This document shows, piece after piece, positions 18,752 to 29,636 of a DNA stretch of 64,000 nucleotides. Each line of letters opens with the position of its first letter. Positions within the stretch are counted from its first letter, which is position 1. Both the position numbers and the translations under genes were made by a program. A model generated the notes under the pieces. That model did no database searches, was not told the origin of the DNA, and saw only the letters and a list, made by a program, of their open reading frames with translations. This DNA comes from Chroococcidiopsidaceae cyanobacterium YX2bin18 (lineage in GTDB: Bacteria; Cyanobacteriota; Cyanobacteriia; Cyanobacteriales; Chroococcidiopsidaceae), in assembly GCA_030446505.1 (NCBI GenBank), contig JAUJND010000004.1, forward strand, positions 9,099 through 73,098. Reading direction: 5' to 3'.

Positions 18752-19685
18752 GCTCTGCTCCAAAAAGTGTTGTCTTTGAACCTTGGCTCAATTACAAGCC
18801 ATCCTACCCAGCCTGCGGAGTTCCGCTGCTCGTAAGTGCCTACTGAGGGTACGAATCCTCAGACCTAACAGACTGTTTTTATTCGTTCCTCTCGTTTGAT
18901 TGCTCGTTCCCTTAGACTGATTCAATTCAACCGCCAGAACCCCTTACTCTTGTCGCTATGGATACGAAGACGCGACGGGATACTAATCTCTCTGGCGGGT
19001 CAGGCTTTTCAGGCTTCCCTGATTTACGCCCTGCCCGCGGCTAGGTCACTTTTCTAGAATCTGTTTCATCGTAGGAACTCCCTATTAGCGCCAGTGTCAG
19101 CCCATAACGGCTGTCTGATTGCGCCCTGTTCCCAGCTTAAGCCTGCAAGAAACGAGCTTGCTCACTTTGGGCAGATAAGGAGTCACGTCCGAGTTTGACG
19201 GGTAGGACTTGCACCTACATCAACCCTTGAAGTTCAGCCAGACTTAGTAGCCTTGGTTGGAATGCCTATGTACGGACTGATTACCGTGATTCAGCATTCA
19301 ACGAATCGCACCATATCTCCCGCTAAACTCAGTCATAAGTTCAGCTACACTCCAGCCACTGCCATAACTTGCTCAATTTGGTTTATTTATGGGCAAGTCT
19401 GAGAGACTAAATCGAGTGAACAGTTGGTGAAGCCGTCCTCTGGCTTTGGGAACCCATCCATCATTTATGGGTAAGTTGGTCAAAAGACGTGGTTTCAAAA
19501 TTACCTTGTTTGCAGTTTGCGGTTTCGTTGTTTGCAAGTCGCTACACTTACTTATTCAGCACTACCCGTTAAGGTTCCACCTGCTTCACTTTTTGCAACA
19601 GAGCCGTTTAGTCAAAATACAAATCCATCTATTGACATTTCTTCTCATTAAATTTATTCTTTATCGTTAGCAACCAACAGCTTGT

Positions 19686-19700
19686 TGAAAATCTTTCTCA
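19686..19700. promoter_or_regulatory. Fur-box-like 7-1-7 motif upstream of the siderophore operon
   Basis: TGAAAATCTTTCTCA matches TGATAATnATTATCA at 11/14 positions and lies just upstream of the first biosynthetic ORF. No experimental or PWM support. Confidence 0.3.
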
Positions 19701-19716
19701 AGTCTTTAACTCTAAT

Positions 19717-21255
19717 TTGTATTTATGGGCAGAAGCCCAGAGGTTTTTGAAAGTGCAACCAACTAATAATGGTTCACCTCCTGATGCTCAGGATTTAGTG
19801 TTGCCACTAGCATCTCCTGCTTCACCAAGCATCACAGAGTCTGATTTTCAAAATTGTCAGTGCTTACCTGGTACGCGAGAAGTTGCTTTACCTGGACCCG
19901 CATCAAAGCACTATCTAGAGCGCCAGCAAGAGCGAGAATCCAATGCTAGAAGCTATCCACGCCGTATCCGCATGGCAATTAGTGAAGCTAAGGGCATTTA
20001 TGTCAAAGACGCAGACGGTAATCTGTATTTTGACTGTCTAGCTGGTGCTGGCACATTAGCACTAGGACACAATCACCCAATTGTACTTGATGCCATGCGG
20101 GCGGTTCTAGACGCGAATCTTCCCTTGCATACTCTCGACTTAACTACCCCAGTTAAGGATGCATTTGTGGAAGAACTATTTGCTAGTTTGCCATCTGAAT
20201 TTGCTCAAAAGGCGCGGATTCAGTTCTGCGGTCCCTCTGGGGCAGATGCCGTTGAAGCAGCAATCAAACTCGTTAAAACAGCGACTGAGCGACGCAGCGT
20301 GTTGTCATTCCACGGTGGCTATCATGGCATGACGCACGGAGCTTTGAGTTTAACTGGTAATCTAAGCCCTAAACAAGAAGTGGCGGGATTAATGCCAGAT
20401 GTGCATTTCCTTCCCTATCCCTATGAGTACCGCTGTCCCTTTGGTCTTGGCGGCGAGGCAGGACATCGTATAAGTAGCCGCTACATTGAATCAATTCTTG
20501 ACGATCCTGAAAGCGGCATTATTACCCCTGCGGGGATGATTCTGGAAATTGTCCAGGGAGAAGGCGGTGTAATTCCGGCTCCCGATGAGTGGGTACGGCA
20601 AATTCGGCATCTTACCCGCGATCGCCATATTCCCTTAATTGTGGATGAAATTCAGACAGGTCTTGGTCGTACTGGAAAACTGTATGCCTTTGAGCATTCC
20701 GGAATTACGCCAGATGTTGTGCTGTTATCCAAAGCGATCGGCGGTAGCTTGCCTTTATCGGTAGTGCTGTACGACCAAGCATTAGATAAATGGTCACCAG
20801 GCGCTCATGCTGGCACTTTTCGGGGTAATCAATTAGCAATGGCAGCGGGAATTGCCACATTACGCTACATCTTGGAGAACCGCTTGGCAGAGCGTGCGGC
20901 AGCAATGGGCGATCGCTTGATGTCTTATCTTTGTCAAATTCAAGCAGAATCTCGCTGTATGGGTGAAGTTCGTGGGCGCGGATTGATGATTGGCGTTGAG
21001 ATTGTCAATTCAGAGGCACAAGCCGATCGGTGTGGCAGTTATCCTGCCCATCCACTGCTGGCAAGTCGCATTCAAACCGAGTGTCTGCGTCGAGGTCTGA
21101 TTATCGAAATCGGGGGACGCTTCGGTAGCGTTGTCCGCTTTTTACCACCCTTGATCGTTACTGTTGAGCAAATTGATAGCATTAGCGAAATTTTCCAGAA
21201 GTCAGTTAAAGCAGCCGAAAAACAGGTGTTACCCATACTCTCCGAGGTGGGCTGA
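19717..21255 (+). CDS. rhbA: Diaminobutyrate-2-oxoglutarate aminotransferase (class III PLP aminotransferase, RhbA/EctB-like); true start uncertain
   Basis: ESNARSYPRRI, DCLAGAGTLALGHNHP, EIVQGEGGVI, LIVDEIQTGLGRTG, LSKAIGG. First gene of an rhbABCDEF-ordered cluster. The ORF begins at a non-ATG codon, so the real start may be an internal GTG/TTG. Confidence 0.8.
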   Translation: MYLWAEAQRFLKVQPTNNGSPPDAQDLVLPLASPASPSITESDFQNCQCLPGTREVALPGPASKHYLERQQERESNARSYPRRIRMAISEAKGIYVKDADGNLYFDCLAGAGTLALGHNHPIVLDAMRAVLDANLPLHTLDLTTPVKDAFVEELFASLPSEFAQKARIQFCGPSGADAVEAAIKLVKTATERRSVLSFHGGYHGMTHGALSLTGNLSPKQEVAGLMPDVHFLPYPYEYRCPFGLGGEAGHRISSRYIESILDDPESGIITPAGMILEIVQGEGGVIPAPDEWVRQIRHLTRDRHIPLIVDEIQTGLGRTGKLYAFEHSGITPDVVLLSKAIGGSLPLSVVLYDQALDKWSPGAHAGTFRGNQLAMAAGIATLRYILENRLAERAAAMGDRLMSYLCQIQAESRCMGEVRGRGLMIGVEIVNSEAQADRCGSYPAHPLLASRIQTECLRRGLIIEIGGRFGSVVRFLPPLIVTVEQIDSISEIFQKSVKAAEKQVLPILSEVG

Positions 21256-22785
21256 TGCTGAAAACACCAATCAACTCTCAGACCGCAAGCGAGCTTAGTT
21301 TAATTAATCACTTCCTAACGAACTCAACGGCTAGTTTAGCTGCTTATCGGGAAGCGATCGCTACAGCACAAGAAGTCCTAATCAAATACTTTGCTAGTCA
21401 GACTCAGCCTTACAGCGGAGCGCATCCAGAACGATTAGCGATAGCGTTAGCCACCAACAACGTTTGTTCAGAAACTGGACAAGATTTGAGAAATATTCTC
21501 AAGTATGTTGGTGAGAATATTCTCAAGAAAACTGTTGTTTTTTCTCACCCCAGAAGCAATTCTCAATTCAACTTTCCACCACAGATACCAGCATTGTCAG
21601 CCGAGGATTTAATCAGTGCAAGCAATCAGTCGATGGACTCTTGGGATCAAAGTCGGCAGCAACTGTATTGGAACAGCAGGTAGTGAATTGGCTGTGCAAT
21701 TTGTTTGGTTACGATACTGAGGCAGATGGCATTTTCACCAGTGGCGTACCCAATCTAATTTCATGGGACTTTTGCTGGCACGCGACGCTTTTGCCTACGC
21801 GCAACTTAACTGGCAGGTGCAACAACAAGGATTACCGCCAGAATCCAATCGCTTTCCGCATTCTCTGTTCAACGGTGTCTCATTTTACTATCCGCCAAGC
21901 CGCTGCCTTACTAGGGTTGGGTGAACAGGCAGTAGTAATGGTGGAAACCGATGCAAATTATCGCTTGTGTCCTGCTGCTGTTGAGCGGCAACTGGCACAG
22001 CTAAAGCAGAAAGAACTACTACCAATCGCGCTTGTTGCAACAGTTGGAACTACAGACTTTGGCAGCATTGATCCACTGCCGGAGTTGGCGGCTTGTGCCA
22101 AAAAGCATAGACTATGGCTACACGTCGATGCTGCGTATGGGGGTGCTTTGATACTGAGCGATCGCCATCGTCATAAACTTATCGACATTGAAGCAACTGG
22201 ATTCGATCACTATAGACTTCCATAAACTATTTTATCAGCCGATCGAGCTGTAGTGCTTTTCTGCTCAAAAACTCCTCATACTTTGATTTAATCAAACTGC
22301 ACGCCGACTATCTCAACCCGGAAACAAATGCAGAAGCAGGAGTCCCCGACTTAGTTACCAAGTCTGTGCAAACTACAAGGCGATTTGATGCTCTAAAACT
22401 TTTCATCTCCCTGCAAGCATTAGGAAGGAAACAGCTAGCAGACATGATCGACACCACAATTAACTTAGCTGAAGCAACAGCAAGCTTAATTGCTGCTGAA
22501 CCAAGGTTGGAATTAGCAACCTATCCCACAATCAACGCTGTAGTATTCCGTTACTGTCCCGCAACTCCTTCAGAAAGACAACCAGAAGCCTGGGCGAATC
22601 AAATCAATAGCCAAATTCGGATGACTCTGCTGCAAACCGGGGAAGCTATTCTAGCTCAAACCAGAATTGGCAACCTTACCTATCTAAAATTCACCTTACT
22701 CAACCCCTGCACAAAGCTGGCAGATATCGCCACAATTTTGATTGCTGTCAAGCGGTTGGGTAAAAAATTGGAGACAACACAATGA
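21255..22785 (+). pseudogene. rhbB: L-2,4-diaminobutyrate decarboxylase (group II PLP decarboxylase, RhbB-like), at least four frameshifts
   Basis: Pieces 21255..21683, 21641..22225 and 22366..22785. Two compensating shifts (about 21744 and about 21855) hide GTQSNFMGLLLARDAFAYAQLNWQVQQQGLPPESNRF. The PLP-lysine block DFHKLFYQPI (about 22215..22245) is out of frame. Confidence 0.75.
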
Positions 22786-24664
22786 CAGAACAAACAATTG
22801 TCAAGCCTGCAAATCCACAAGCGGCTCTCAACTGCACAGATAAGCAGATTGCTGAACAAGCAACAATCCAAAGCTTTCTCAATTGCTATTTGCGAGAGAT
22901 CGGTATTGGTAAGATAAATAAAATAATCGCGCAACCCCTCTGTATTAACGGTGATAAGACAGAGGCAGCCATAACTGAGGTATTCACTCGTACTGGCACT
23001 GAATCCTTAATTTGCTGTAAATTGAGCCATCAAGGTGTGCAGCTGTTGATTGGTCTGCGGTACTGGTCACCAACCGGAAGACATTTGTTTTCCTTCCCAG
23101 TTTATTATCAACCAGCGGGTGATCGTGTCTTAGAACTTGACTACGTTACATTAGTCGCTTTGATTACTAAAGAATTGGCTTTAGTTAGTGGCAGCAACAG
23201 TCATCAGGATGAATTGCTGTTACGGGTAATCCAAAGCTGTAGCAATATTGAACAGTTTGTCCAGCAGCGGCGGCAGGACGAACGACTTTATACGTTCAAT
23301 AGTTCCTTCATTGCTACTGAACAAGCTCTAGTGTTTGGACACCATCTGCACCCTACACCGAAAAGTCGTCAAGTTTTTTCTGAGCAGGAATTGTTCACTT
23401 ATTCACCAGAATTGCAGGGTAGTTTCCGCTGCACTACTTTCGCGCCCATGACTCAATTGTGCAGGAAGGTTCAGCGCTGCCGCAGACAGCTACAGCACTA
23501 ATTAAGCAAGAACTATTGTCAGACCCGGCAATAGACGCAGACTTTAAAACAACTTACTGCGGTGAAGATGAATATGCGCTGCTGCCAGTACATCCTTGGC
23601 AAGCAAATTTTCTGCGATATCAGCCAGCAGTTCGGCAGTTATTAAATCAAGGATTGCTGCAAGATTTGGGATTACAAGGTCGAGCTTATCTGCCTACTTC
23701 TTCGATTCGCACAGTTTATCACCCGGATGCAACGTTCATGTTGAAGCTGTCGTTAAACGTTAAGATTACAAACTCTGTGCGAACCAACTTGTACAAAGAA
23801 TTGGAACGGAGTGTAGAAGTTTATCAACTTCTTGCTGGTGAAATTGGTAAAGATTTAGGCGATCGCTTCCCCAATTTCAACATCATTCGTGACCCCGCCT
23901 TTATTACTCTGAAAATAGACGGTGAACCAGCAGCAGGCTTCGCCACAATTTTGAGAGAAAATCCTTTCTTAGTGAATCCGACTACTGACGCAACTTGTTT
24001 AATTGCCCTGTGTCAAGATGCTATTTTGGGTAATGGTTCGCGCTTATCTCAGATTATTCGCCAGTTGGCACAACAAGAAGGACGCTCCACAACTGAAGTG
24101 AGCCTAGACTGGTTCCGCTGCTACTTAAAGATTTCCCTAGAACCGATTTTGTGGCTTTACTTTACCTACGGTATTGCGATCGAAGCCCATCAGCAAAACA
24201 GTTTATTGCAGTTACAAGATGGCTATCCTGATCACTTCTTTTACCGCGATAACCAGGGATATTACTATCGGCGCTCTTTTTATCAACGATTAGATGCCAT
24301 CTTGCCTGGAATTAGCCAGAAAAGCCAAACAGTTTGTGATGATGCCGTGATTGATGAACGGCTGGGTTATTACCTATTCATTAACAATTTATTTGGACTA
24401 ATTAACGCCTTTGGTGTAGCAGGACTGGTGGATGAGCGATTACTTTTAGCAGAACTGCGAACAGCCTTAGCAACACAACCAGCCTTGATTCAAGGTTCTT
24501 CTACTTTGCTGCAACATCTACTGTGTCAATCACATTTACGTTGTAAAGCCAATCTCCTCACCCGCTTTCACGATCTGGATGAACTAGTAGGACCAGTATC
24601 TACCCAATCTGTCTATGTTGCAATTGACAACCCCCTTGCCAGCAGAGGTGTCCATGTCGCTTAG
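22782..24664 (+). pseudogene. rhbC: IucA/IucC-family NIS siderophore synthetase (RhbC-like), one frameshift near 23460-23500
   Basis: ORFs 22782..23501 and 23459..24664. Blocks HHLHPTPKSR, LLPVHPWQ, LPTSSIRTV and AHQQNSLLQL are typical of IucA/IucC. Confidence 0.8.
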
Positions 24665-25226
24665 TACATTGGAATATTCTTATCAGACATGGGACTCAAA
24701 GATTAATAAATTCATTGCCTTTCGTCCAGTTGTTTTAGAAGATTTACCACTGATTCACAACTGGATGAATCAACCTCATGTGATTCCCTTTTGGAACTTG
24801 GCATATGACATGGAGCGGATGCAGCAACACTTGCAAAAAGCAATCGCCGATCCCCATCAAACTCTTTACATCGGTTTGCTAGATGATCTGCCGATGAGTT
24901 ACTGGGAATCTTACTGGGCGGCTGATGATATTGTTGCCCGCTATTATCCCGCTCATCCTGCTGATCAGGGGATTCATTTATTAATTGGTTCCCCAGAGTT
25001 TTTAGGCAAAGGCTACGCACTGCCACTATTACGCGCTATGACATTTTTTCAGTTTCAACATCCAGAAACATCAAAGATTGTGACTGAACCAGATAGTCGT
25101 AACTCCAAGATGATTCATGTGTTTAAACGCTGCGGCTTTGAATTCCAAGCAGAAATTGATTTACCCGATAAACGGGCAGCTTTGATGTTTTGCGATCGCC
25201 AAAGTTTCATGGGAAGGTGGAGATAA
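24654..25226 (+). CDS. rhbD: Siderophore N-acetyltransferase (IucB/RhbD-like GNAT)
   Basis: LPLIHNWMNQPHVIPFWNL, HLLIG and the GNAT fold tail TEPDSRNSKMIHVFKRCGF. ATG at 24654 lies within ORF 24615..25226 and overlaps the upstream stop. Confidence 0.75.
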   Translation: MSLSTLEYSYQTWDSKINKFIAFRPVVLEDLPLIHNWMNQPHVIPFWNLAYDMERMQQHLQKAIADPHQTLYIGLLDDLPMSYWESYWAADDIVARYYPAHPADQGIHLLIGSPEFLGKGYALPLLRAMTFFQFQHPETSKIVTEPDSRNSKMIHVFKRCGFEFQAEIDLPDKRAALMFCDRQSFMGRWR

Positions 25227-26524
25227 TGTCTGATTGTGTTTATGACATTATCGGTATAGGAATTGGACCATTTAATTTAGGTTTGGCTGCGCTTTTAAAA
25301 CCAGTAATAGAAATTAACGCTCTGTTCCTAGAACAGAAACCGCAATTTCAGTGGCATCCAGGCTTATTAATTGAGGGAACGACAATTCAAGTTCCGTTTC
25401 TAGCCGATTTAGTAACAATGGCTGACCCTAGTAGCCGATTTAGTTTCCTCAGCTATTTACAGGCGAAATCTCGACTTTATCACTTTTATTTTTGGGAACA
25501 GTTTCACATTCCGCGTCGGGAGTATAACCACTATTGTCAATGGGTAGCTGAACAACTGCCAAGCTGTCGTTTCGGTCAAAGGGTAGAAACAATTTCTTGG
25601 GAAGAAACCTCTAATTATTTTGAGGTAAAAACACGGGATGTTGCATCAGGAACTATATCTACTTATCACTGTCGAAACTTAGTTCTAGGAGTTGGCAGTG
25701 TTCCGCGTGTGCCTGCTTGCTTGCGAGATCTACTGTCGGAAAATGTATTTCACTCCGCAGAATTTTTGCACCGACGCGATCGCTGTCGTCAATCCAAATC
25801 AATTACAGTCATCGGCTCAGGCCAAAGTGCGGCTGAAGTTTTTTATGAACTGTTGCAAGAACAGGAAACTTACGGCTATCGCCTGGAATGGCACACTCGT
25901 TCTCAAGGTTTCTTGCCAATGGAATACTCTAAGCTAGGATTAGAGCATTTTTCCCCCGATTACATCCACTATTTCCATCAACTTTCCCCAGAACGGCGAA
26001 ATCAAGTATTAGCCCAGCAAAACCTACTCTACAAGGGAATTAGCTTTAGCACTATTGCTGATATCTATAACTTGCTTTACGAGCGTTCTGTTGCAGATAA
26101 TTCTCCAAATGTGCGGTTACTGTCTTTGGTGGAAGTAAAGGAAGTCGAGATAATAAGCGATCGCTATCGTTTAGGATATCGACACTTGCAGCAGGATCAG
26201 CGATTTACCCATGAAACCGACTGCATTATTCTCGCCACTGGATATCACCATGCGATTCCTGATTGCATCGCTGGCATTCACTCTTTAATTCAGTGGGATC
26301 AAGGGCGTTATGTGGTCAATCTTGACTATCGCCTGGAACTCACTCAAGAAATTCCCAACCAAATTTTTGTCCAGAACAACGAGTTACATACTCACGGCGT
26401 TGGCGCACCAGATCTGGGATTAGGCGCTTATCGCAACTCTGTGATTATCAACACCATCACAGGACGAACTGTCTATCCAGTTAACAGCCGCAATGTCTTT
26501 CAACAGTTTGGTGTTGCCGCATGA
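25226..26524 (+). CDS. rhbE: Diamine/lysine N-hydroxylating flavin monooxygenase (IucD/RhbE-like)
   Basis: YDIIGIGIGPFNLGLAA (FAD GxGxxN), VIGSGQSAAE (NADPH site), ILATGY. ATG at 25226 overlaps the rhbD stop (TAATG). Confidence 0.8.
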   Translation: MSDCVYDIIGIGIGPFNLGLAALLKPVIEINALFLEQKPQFQWHPGLLIEGTTIQVPFLADLVTMADPSSRFSFLSYLQAKSRLYHFYFWEQFHIPRREYNHYCQWVAEQLPSCRFGQRVETISWEETSNYFEVKTRDVASGTISTYHCRNLVLGVGSVPRVPACLRDLLSENVFHSAEFLHRRDRCRQSKSITVIGSGQSAAEVFYELLQEQETYGYRLEWHTRSQGFLPMEYSKLGLEHFSPDYIHYFHQLSPERRNQVLAQQNLLYKGISFSTIADIYNLLYERSVADNSPNVRLLSLVEVKEVEIISDRYRLGYRHLQQDQRFTHETDCIILATGYHHAIPDCIAGIHSLIQWDQGRYVVNLDYRLELTQEIPNQIFVQNNELHTHGVGAPDLGLGAYRNSVIINTITGRTVYPVNSRNVFQQFGVAA

Positions 26525-27729
26525 AACATCGGCTGCAATTAGTGTTAGGCGCACTATTTCTGTGCGTATTCTTAGCTATATTCAACGAGGTATTACTCTC
26601 ACCGTTCTATCCCCAGTTTTTTCGCAAGGTATTTGGGGTTGAGGATCTAGCCTATACCGGATACTACATCTTTGTTTGTCGGTTGACAGTGGTGCTGTGC
26701 GCTCCGTTTTGGGGCATTTTAGCTCGTCGATTTGAAGTTAAACATCTGCTGTATATCGGACAGGCGGGAACAGCAGTAATGACAGCTTTGATGGGGACAT
26801 CAAAGAGCGCCAATCAGTTTCTCATCTACACGATTTTGTTGCTGCTGTGCAAAAGCAGCTATTTACTGGTGTATCCCTTGATTATCCAATTAGCAGGTGA
26901 GGACAAAAGAGCGACTGTAGCCGGAACTTATCAAGCGGTATTTCACGGCGCAATTATCACCGCTACGATCGCTGGTGCTTGGATGGTGAATCTTGATGCC
27001 CCTTTATTCTTGTTCTACCCAATTGCAGCGGCAGATGTGTTGCAACTTGGTATCTGCCTTTATATCCTGCGGGGATCGACACAACGCCTAGATACCGCAG
27101 CAGAAAGCCAGCCTCCAGTAGTGGGCAATCAGGCGGGTTTTATTGTGGCGCTTGGAATGGTGATTCTCAGCTTCCAGCTAGCCAATAATCTGGTGCGTCC
27201 CTTTTTCACAGCATATGTCACGGCATCAGCACCCTTTGGAACGAGCCTGCTGGAAAGTAGTTTTCTGTTCATGATTCCCAGCATCATGGCGATCGCTGCT
27301 TTGCCCTACATCCGTAAATCCTGTCGTCCACAAAGCTTGAGTCCTATCTACTTGGTTGGCTTGTGTCTCTTAGCTGGGAGTTTATATCTCCAAGGCTGGA
27401 CACAACACCTATCAGTTCTAGTTTTAGCAAGGGTAGTTTACGGATTTTGTTTAGCCGTGACTCAAGCTACTTTGGAACTGCAATTATTCGGTAGCAGCAC
27501 TGCCAAGAGTCTCCATTTCAACTACAGTCTCGCAACTTCGTTTGCCAATGTGGGACATCTGGGCGCACCACTAATCGCTTCATGGCTGGCTAGCACCTAT
27601 AGTTTAGCTGCCCCATTTTTGGTAGCGGCAACGATTTGCTGTGTCAATTTACTTTTTGCCCGATTCACAGTTCTTCGCAAGCCGTCTTTACGCCTTCAAC
27701 CATTACCCATTCCCGAAAAGGAGTCATAA
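26521..27729 (+). CDS. MFS transporter, likely siderophore exporter
   Basis: 402-aa hydrophobic ORF with about 12 predicted helices by eye. Embedded between biosynthetic genes with a 4-nt start/stop overlap. Confidence 0.65.
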   Translation: MKHRLQLVLGALFLCVFLAIFNEVLLSPFYPQFFRKVFGVEDLAYTGYYIFVCRLTVVLCAPFWGILARRFEVKHLLYIGQAGTAVMTALMGTSKSANQFLIYTILLLLCKSSYLLVYPLIIQLAGEDKRATVAGTYQAVFHGAIITATIAGAWMVNLDAPLFLFYPIAAADVLQLGICLYILRGSTQRLDTAAESQPPVVGNQAGFIVALGMVILSFQLANNLVRPFFTAYVTASAPFGTSLLESSFLFMIPSIMAIAALPYIRKSCRPQSLSPIYLVGLCLLAGSLYLQGWTQHLSVLVLARVVYGFCLAVTQATLELQLFGSSTAKSLHFNYSLATSFANVGHLGAPLIASWLASTYSLAAPFLVAATICCVNLLFARFTVLRKPSLRLQPLPIPEKES

Positions 27730-27731
27730 CA

Positions 27732-29552
27732 ATGAATCAGTTGCAAATTCTTACTCAAGCTTTACAGCCACAAACCTGGCAGTCTGTAGGTAGCAAGCTG
27801 CTAGCTAAGATGCTCTCCGAGTTTATGTATGAGGAGATTATTCAACCGGAGGCAGTTGAAACTAAGGGAGAATACACTCTTTACCGACTCTCGCTTCCCG
27901 AAGGTATCGCTTATGGCTTTGAGGCTAAACAACGCTTATTTGATAGTTATCGGGTAATTCCAGAATCAATCCAACGCTGGGAAGGGACTGAATGGTTGCC
28001 AGCGTCCAACCCCCTGGAATTTGTCCTAGATGTTCATATAGCAGTGGGAATGACAGCGGAAACTACTGCCCATCTACTGAAAGAACTGAGTAACACTCTC
28101 CTCGCCGATGCCCACATCAAAGCAGCAAAGGAAAATCAGGGTACAGATTTACTAGAAATGGACTATCCCCACCTAGAAGGAGAGATGGAAGGACACCCCT
28201 GGATTACTTTCAACAAAGGGCGGATTGGTTTTGGCTATGACGATTATCTGGCTCATGCGCCAGAACGCAAACAGGCGATCGCTCTATTCTGGATTGCAGT
28301 TAGACAAGATCGCGCTCAGTTTAATGCTGTTCCTGAACTCGATTACCCAACATTGATGCGGGAGGAGTTAGGGGAAGAGACGCTAGCTGAATTTGAGACG
28401 ATATTGAGAGCGCAAAACCTACCTGTCAACTATTACTTTCTACCAGTACATGAATGGCAGTGGAAAAATATTATTATTCCGTTGTTTGCAGAGGATTTAG
28501 CCATAGGAGCAATTATGCCTCTTGGTTACAGTCGCGATCGCTATTTACCGCAACAATCAATTCGCACCTTCGCTAATATCAGCCATCCCCAAAAACGCTA
28601 TGTCAAGTTACCCCTAAGTATCCTCAACACCCTTGTCTATCGTGGCTTGCCGGGTGAACGGACGGTAATTGCTCCCAAGGTTACAGAATGGGTAAAGTCT
28701 ATTTGCGATCGCGATGCGTTTCTCCGGGATGAATGCCGCCTAATTCTGCCAGGGGAAGTAGCTAGCATTAACTACGATCACCCCTACTACACGCAAATAT
28801 CGGGCGCACCGTATCAATATAAGGAAATGCTGGGCTGTCTCTGGCGCGAAAGTGTTCTTGCCTACGTAGAACCAGATGAACGCCCCATAACTTTAGCCGC
28901 ATTACTCCATGTAGATAGTAACGGGCAACCGTTTGTTTCGCGGCTGGTAGCGCAATCAGGACTTAGCCTGGATGCTTGGTTGGAACGCTTATTCGATGTC
29001 GTTTTGCCACCTCTACTGCACTACCTCTACCGCTATGGTATTGTGTTCTCTCCGCACGGTGAAAACACGATTTTGGTACTGAAGGATTTTGTCCCGCACC
29101 GTCTGGCAATGAAAGACTTTGTAGATGATGTCAACATCAGCCGCCATCCCTTACCAGAATTGGAATCCTTACCTCAAGAATTAAAGGCAGTGATGCTGAG
29201 TGAACTACCGGAAGGTTTGTGTCAGTTTATCTTTACTGGATTATTTATTTGTCATCATCGCTACTTATTCGATTTGTTGGCAGTCCACCACAACTACTCA
29301 GAACGCACTTTTTGGAGGCAAGTACGCGATCGCATTTTGAATTACCAACGTCGCTTCCCAGAACTGCAAGAACGATTTGAGCTATTCAATTTACTGGCAC
29401 CGCAGTTTACAAAGCTCTGCCTGAATCGGAATCGCTTGCTAACCTATGGCTACGCTGATGATGGCGATCGCCCTCACGCAGCTGCCTTTGGCAAGGTCAC
29501 CAATGCATTGTATGAAGTAGGGGCTGGTTTAACAGAAGTATCTTTAGGATGA
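27732..29552 (+). CDS. rhbF: IucA/IucC-family NIS siderophore synthetase (RhbF/IucC-like)
   Basis: Start MNQLQILTQ at 27732. Blocks GHPWITFNKGRIGF, FLPVHEWQW, LPQQSIRTF and SPHGENTIL are typical IucC blocks. Confidence 0.85.
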   Translation: MNQLQILTQALQPQTWQSVGSKLLAKMLSEFMYEEIIQPEAVETKGEYTLYRLSLPEGIAYGFEAKQRLFDSYRVIPESIQRWEGTEWLPASNPLEFVLDVHIAVGMTAETTAHLLKELSNTLLADAHIKAAKENQGTDLLEMDYPHLEGEMEGHPWITFNKGRIGFGYDDYLAHAPERKQAIALFWIAVRQDRAQFNAVPELDYPTLMREELGEETLAEFETILRAQNLPVNYYFLPVHEWQWKNIIIPLFAEDLAIGAIMPLGYSRDRYLPQQSIRTFANISHPQKRYVKLPLSILNTLVYRGLPGERTVIAPKVTEWVKSICDRDAFLRDECRLILPGEVASINYDHPYYTQISGAPYQYKEMLGCLWRESVLAYVEPDERPITLAALLHVDSNGQPFVSRLVAQSGLSLDAWLERLFDVVLPPLLHYLYRYGIVFSPHGENTILVLKDFVPHRLAMKDFVDDVNISRHPLPELESLPQELKAVMLSELPEGLCQFIFTGLFICHHRYLFDLLAVHHNYSERTFWRQVRDRILNYQRRFPELQERFELFNLLAPQFTKLCLNRNRLLTYGYADDGDRPHAAAFGKVTNALYEVGAGLTEVSLG

Positions 29553-29636
29553 CTGAAGTTATAGAGCAGGCTGCTCGCAAATTAATGCCTAGCTTTTTCA
29601 TTGTGATGCAGCGATTGATTAAGCTATAAATAGCTT

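Larger units (their letters stand above)
17124..19311 (-). mobile_element. Bacterial group II intron (about 2.19 kb) with decayed intron-encoded protein
   Basis: Minus-strand 5' end GTGCGATTCG starts at 19311. Domain V lies at 17199..17166. A domain VI-like helix (AGAG/CUCU base, bulged A) puts the 3' end ...CUAC at about 17124. RT/maturase ORF lies in domain IV. Confidence 0.8.

Noticed and set aside
19446-19670. 74-aa plus-strand ORF upstream of rhbA
   Set aside because: The sequence is Leu/Phe/His-rich low-complexity in an AT-rich promoter region between the intron and the siderophore operon, with no recognisable motif.
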